A stretch of 64,000 nt of DNA, taken from NCBI GenBank assembly GCA_965153285.1, contig OZ229110.1, one strand, 5' to 3'. The notes under the pieces were generated by a model that saw only the letters and a program-made list of their open reading frames with translations, ran no database searches and was not told the DNA's origin. The position numbers were made by a program, and so were the translations under genes. This DNA is from Podarcis tiliguerta. Lineage: Eukaryota. Below are positions 1-64,000 of this stretch, in pieces (the stretch's first letter is position 1; every line of letters begins with the position of its first letter).

Positions 1-1192
1 GAACCTTGCCTTTATTAATTTGCCTAATCCTTTTAAGAAGTTGCCAAGCTGCTAGTGACTATCCCCACATCTTATTGTCTTACATTATGTGTGAAGAAGT
101 GCTTCCTTTTTAAGTCCTGCACCTAGTCTGTCAGCTACACTAAGTGTACATAAGTGTTATGAAAACAGAAGACATTTCGCTCTAACTGCTCGCTCCAAGC
201 AATCATGATTTTACAAACTTCTGTGTTCCTTCTTAAAGTAAAACCCCATGTTCTCAAGCCTATCTTCATTTGAAAGGTGCTCTGGGCCTTTGAGTTTAGC
301 TGCCTTTCCATACCCATTTGAACCCAATGAAGTTTTTGTATTCAATTTTGTATATTGTATTCAATGAATATTGAATATCGTGTTCAGTGAATACAATAAT
401 TATTTATCTGTATTCACCTTACAGGACTTGCACTACAATCTTGAAGAGTTTATGATATGCATCTGTTTGAAAATTACGTTTACCCATTAAAAGTGGCTGG
501 TCAATATACCAAATATTTGTTTCAAGTTCATTTATGTCCAAACCACAATTAAACGGGGAAAATTTAAAAAATACAAATGAACTGAAACAGGACGCAAATA
601 TTTAATGACTTGACTCCCTGGTGTCTTCCATCTGTACTGACTTCTTGGTCTCCTCTCCAACACACGTATAATCAAGCACCTCTCTTTGGTCATTCAGAAA
701 GGAGTCATGGGGATCTCATTGGATTTTTGCTGAGAGACATCCAAGAATCAAAGAATTATAAATTGTGGAAGGGAGAAGAAATTCAGTCTCTCGATGTATT
801 CTAGAACAGGATCACAGAAGTAAAGACAGGGAATAGACCTTTTGGCATCTGGATTAAATATCTGCAACAGGAGGATTTTCTAAACAAATGGCAGTTCCCT
901 TATTTTATGCCAGGATAGCCAAATGTCCTCTGCTTTATGAAATAATGACGTAATAATAAGACGTGCATCTTGTTTCCTAATATCAGTCCATGTTTATTTG
1001 GTGTTCTGAGACCACAAACAATCTAAATGTGTGGATGGAATTGTTATTATTCCATTGGTTGCTTGTGCCACTAGGGCACCTGAAAGCAAAAATGCAAGGG
1101 AGGGAGAGAAAAACCAGGATGGGTGAGATAGTGAGATCTTCAAACTTACTGTCCCTGACATACTGTGACCTGGTTCCTGTTTCTTCATCCTG

Positions 1193-1205
1193 GTTCAACA
1201 TTAAC
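1193..1205. promoter_or_regulatory. HNF1-like site in F2 proximal promoter
   Basis: GTTCAACATTAAC vs HNF1 consensus GTTAATNATTAAC, ~70 bp upstream of the F2 ATG of a liver-expressed gene. Confidence 0.55.
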
Positions 1206-1273
1206 CCAGGCTGGGCTGCAATCATTCTTCATCCATTTCCTCTGCAATCTTTCTGCAGTCAGGCACACACGCA

Positions 1274-19648
<18,375 letters not shown>

Positions 19649-19757
19649 AGAACTTAAGCTCAGCACCTGCACAATGATTTAGAGATGTATGTATACTGGT
19701 CAAACATGACAGGTAACTAAAAGCCTAAGGAAGGAAACGTATTTTGGCACAAACCTC

Positions 19758-19763
19758 AATAAA
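19758..19763 (+). terminator. F2 polyadenylation signal
   Basis: AATAAA 110 nt after the stop, followed by CA dinucleotides and GU-rich TTTGTTGT. Confidence 0.8.
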
Positions 19764-22406
19764 GGTTCTGGACCAAGTACTCAATCTCCTTTGTTGTCAA
19801 TTGCTAAAAAGTGAACTTAGCAGTACAGGTACTACATGTAAAGTTAGCAAAGCAAAACTGTGACTAAGGTGAATGTACTGTATCTGGTTGAATGAGCAAG
19901 TTAAATAGCTGTGCAGGATCTTTTAGAATCAAGCCTCACAATATACAATGGGAAATCCTCAAGTGTGGCTAGGGTTACAACCTTAGCATAAGAAGCTGTA
20001 AGTTATGTGGCCTTATTTATCTTAGAGTAACAAAGGTAGGAGTACACTTAGCCTCCGTTTTTGCCTTCAAAAAGGAGAAAGTAAAAGAAGTTGCCTATAG
20101 TTCACCGGTTTTGGGGCTCTGGGCAGAAAGCAGATACATTTTGATTGAAGTATGTTTTCTTCCAGCAATTTCAATACAAAAAATATAGTTCAAAGTTCAG
20201 AGTGAAACTACAAGCACCACTCTATGATATTCATGGGAGTAAACCAAAGGGCAGCTTGTGTGTTCTTTGGTGTGGTTGCTGTGGCATGCAGTTTTATTCA
20301 ATCCCATTAAACAAAAAACAGTAGTGTCTGCAAGCAAAGAAATGTACCCCACCATTGCCACGGCTGTTAAATTGAGCCTTTTCTACAGCAGGAACCATTT
20401 CTAAGTGAGGCATCATAAAAAGACACAATGGAGAAAACTAGTCAAATTCCATGAATACTGACAAAGGTTGCCTACATACTATATCTTTAATTTCCTGCCT
20501 CAAAGAATTTTGGGCCCTATTTGTTATGGGTTGCTGAGAATTGTAAATTGGGCAGCGATAAACTACACTGCCCAGAATTCTTTGAAGGAAAGAATGTGCT
20601 TCGGATGTGCTATTAGAATATGGTGCATACGCCTTAAGATAGTTTATATTCATAAAAAAACCTGTTATTTATACTAATGCTGATCAGGCATTGTCCTTTC
20701 AGACACAGGTAGGCAAAGGAGCTCGTTCTCCTTGAATACCTATCATAGGTAGGTCACCAAGACTAAGGGAGTACAGAGAATTTTAGTAGTAAAATGTAAC
20801 ATTTATTCAAACATACTGTAGAAACATTTCCATTGGCTCTAGGTTAAGCTAAACGTGGCTTAAATAGGGCATTTCTGAAACCAGCACTGTAAGGGGAGAA
20901 TGTATCAAAACTAAAGCCACACCTAGTGGTGGGGAGAGCATCTTTTTAGAGAAAACAAAGTTTGCCAGAGACTTCATTGCATTTCCAAATCTCACTAATG
21001 ACACACATACACACCCCCTGCAAATTGTATTTCTAATGACCATTACCTCTCCGTTCCTTGCACTTACTATACCAGTGTGAGCTCCAACATAAGAGTAAGG
21101 AACAGGGCATCAGCTACAAGAGGAGGCTATCACTAGATGTGCACAAGCAGCAACTCAGAGCCCCACAAACTGTATGCATTTTGCACCACTGCAAGGCACA
21201 CCAAAGTGCTATAGAATGATGTGGCTGACAGGTGCTGATTCAATCTTTCATAGCCCTACCTAAGGCAGCTGATTCAATATGAAGTGGCATCCACTGAAAA
21301 AAACTGCAAGTTAAAAATGGGAAGTGTGCAGAGTGCTCCCAGAAGGCAAATAATGCACACACTGGGATGCACCCTCTTATGGGCATTGCTTCCAAATCAG
21401 CATACACATCATAATGTGTACACAATGACCAACAAAGTTTATAAAGACAACCAATTTGATTTGATGCAACACTAAACTATGGTGTATAGTAAATGCTATT
21501 TAATCAACGTCTAACAAGCACGAAGAAATGCAAATGAAATTAAAATCTCTGTCGACCACAGGAAGAGCTGGTATTTCTGGGAGCGTGTTAAAGCCGGTGC
21601 AATGCCACTTATGTCAAAATATCCAAGGCAGGGGCAGAGGAGGGAGGATTAACCTAGAAATTACTCCAACAACTGTGTGCTATAGCTCAGATTGTAAGAG
21701 GCACACAAATGCATAACCCATACATAAAAGCAGCAAGTCCTCCAGAACAATTCCCCACAACCACATCCACGTGACCGTCAACTGCCACAGTATAATTCAC
21801 CTTCTGAGAACACATGTATTTTGGAAACAGTGTCCCCAAGACTATGTTCTCAACCACTAGCAGCAATCACTGATCATACATTTACTACAAAACTTTCAGG
21901 CTGACAGCAGAGCTAAAAATATATTTAAGAGCAAATATTCTGGGCTCCAGCATGTATAGCAACTGACATATGAGGAAAGGCCAACATGTCTTCAGTGTAG
22001 GATACTGATCATCCACCATTTTAAAAAAAACAGTTCTCAAAATGGATGAAACTAAATCCTTAAAAGGAACCTGAGCATTCTAGCACTTGTAGGCTAACTA
22101 GATTAAAACACAGAGAAGGGCTTGGAAAGTGGTTTTTTAGGGGGTGAAATGTTCTGCCTCTGCCCCACGCTATTCTGGAAGCCATGGTAAGACTAACAGT
22201 GCTCTCAATAGAAATCAAAGATTTCTTCAACCTGAAGCATGCTTGCAATGTTAGCGTCTCAGCTTCTCCATGAAAGTTAATCTGCTGTGAAGGTTTAGAC
22301 AGCAGCTCACCGACAACTAGAAAGGCTGAGTCACTTGTAACTAAGAACATGGATGGACATTTCTCACCAACAGCCACTGCTGCTCCCAGAGAGAGTTAAT
22401 GCAAAC

Positions 22407-22412
22407 TTTATT
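22407..22412 (-). terminator. CKAP5 proximal polyadenylation signal
   Basis: AATAAA on - (TTTATT on +) ~435 nt past the stop; further candidates at 20802-20807 and 20293-20298. Confidence 0.6.
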
Positions 22413-22845
22413 TACAAAAAGACACTTAGTTAATTCATGCCATGCGTCCGTACAGAAACTGTTCAAGGATTATATGGAGAAGAAGTTGTTAAAAATAAAA
22501 GGAAAACCACTGAAGAGCTTCTAAGAGTTAAGAGCTAAGAAAGAGAAGACAACTTTACAAATAAAGTTATGAGAAACTGGATTGAAGAGAATGGTTGTTT
22601 ACAGCTCTGTACACTAAAACTAATACAGACAGTCTTCTACGGTCAATAAATGCTCACAGAGAAGCAAAGTATGTACAAAGACTTGTGCCACAATGACTTG
22701 GATCCTCCTCCAAGATCTGCTGTATTATACACATAAACCAGTTTGTATACAGAAGGCCTACATGAGGCCACTTAACTATGAAGACTTCTAGTTTAGTAAA
22801 CTAAAGATGGACAGCTCTTCAACAGCCACGCTGTCTGATGCAATT

Positions 22846-63475
<40,630 letters not shown>

Positions 63476-64000
63476 TCACATAAACATTAACCATTCTGTT
63501 CCCTGGGGGAATTAAGTTTTGTTTGTTGTATGTACAGGAATGCACTCTACTCCAAACAAATCACAGCACTAATCTTCATCCATGTTCTTCTGTCTAATGC
63601 TGGACTCTTACATATCTTGTTAAATGACCTAAGGCAGCCATTTAAACATTTATTCTGATCACAGACAATTTTCATGCGAAGTGTATCTGAAGTGTCCTTT
63701 AATGACTCATTCCAGCCCTAAGCAACAGGCGAATAGATCACCCTGAAATATAAGGTTCCCTTGTAATTCAAGAGTACATGTCAAATGTTGGTTCACAGAC
63801 ATGTATATGCATCACTTAATTTTTCTCTATTTGACCAGCAGCTCTAAGGCTACCCATAAACCACTTGATGTAAGGCAGCAGCAATGTGATGCTCGCTTAA
63901 AAACTGCAACTGGATTTTGTACCCCAAATTCCAAATCTTTGTCTATGATTAAAACTTTTTTTTCTCCTTTTCAAAGTTTACCGAAAAGTAACACTATTGT

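Overview
Vertebrate genomic DNA, not prokaryotic. The repeat content (Squam3-like tRNA SINEs, CR1/L2 LINE ends, small hAT and Tc1/mariner-type MITEs) points to a squamate, probably a lacertid lizard; this is inference. The window holds two convergent genes. (1) The complete prothrombin gene F2 on +: 14 coding exons, 1274-19648, 1842 nt, 613 aa plus stop, all GT-AG and phase-consistent, with intact Gla, two kringles and thrombin domain. (2) CKAP5 (ch-TOG/XMAP215) on -: 41 constitutive-looking coding exons from 63440 down to the stop at 22846; the first exons lie beyond the window end. CKAP5 hosts the U6-methylation guide snoRNA SNORD67 and has one GC-AG intron. Features the ORF track misses: a 24-nt CKAP5 microexon with neural-type splicing motifs, a 69-nt in-frame extra exon in the basic linker before TOG5, a ~1.16-kb ORF-less L1-type retroinsertion with 17-bp TSD and YY1-type 5' end, a 518-bp solo LTR between the F2 kringle exons, and a 66-bp-arm hairpin just inside a CKAP5 intron. 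I do not see a wholly new multi-gene system. Most short ORFs in the track are intronic noise. Exon numbers follow recalled human numbering.
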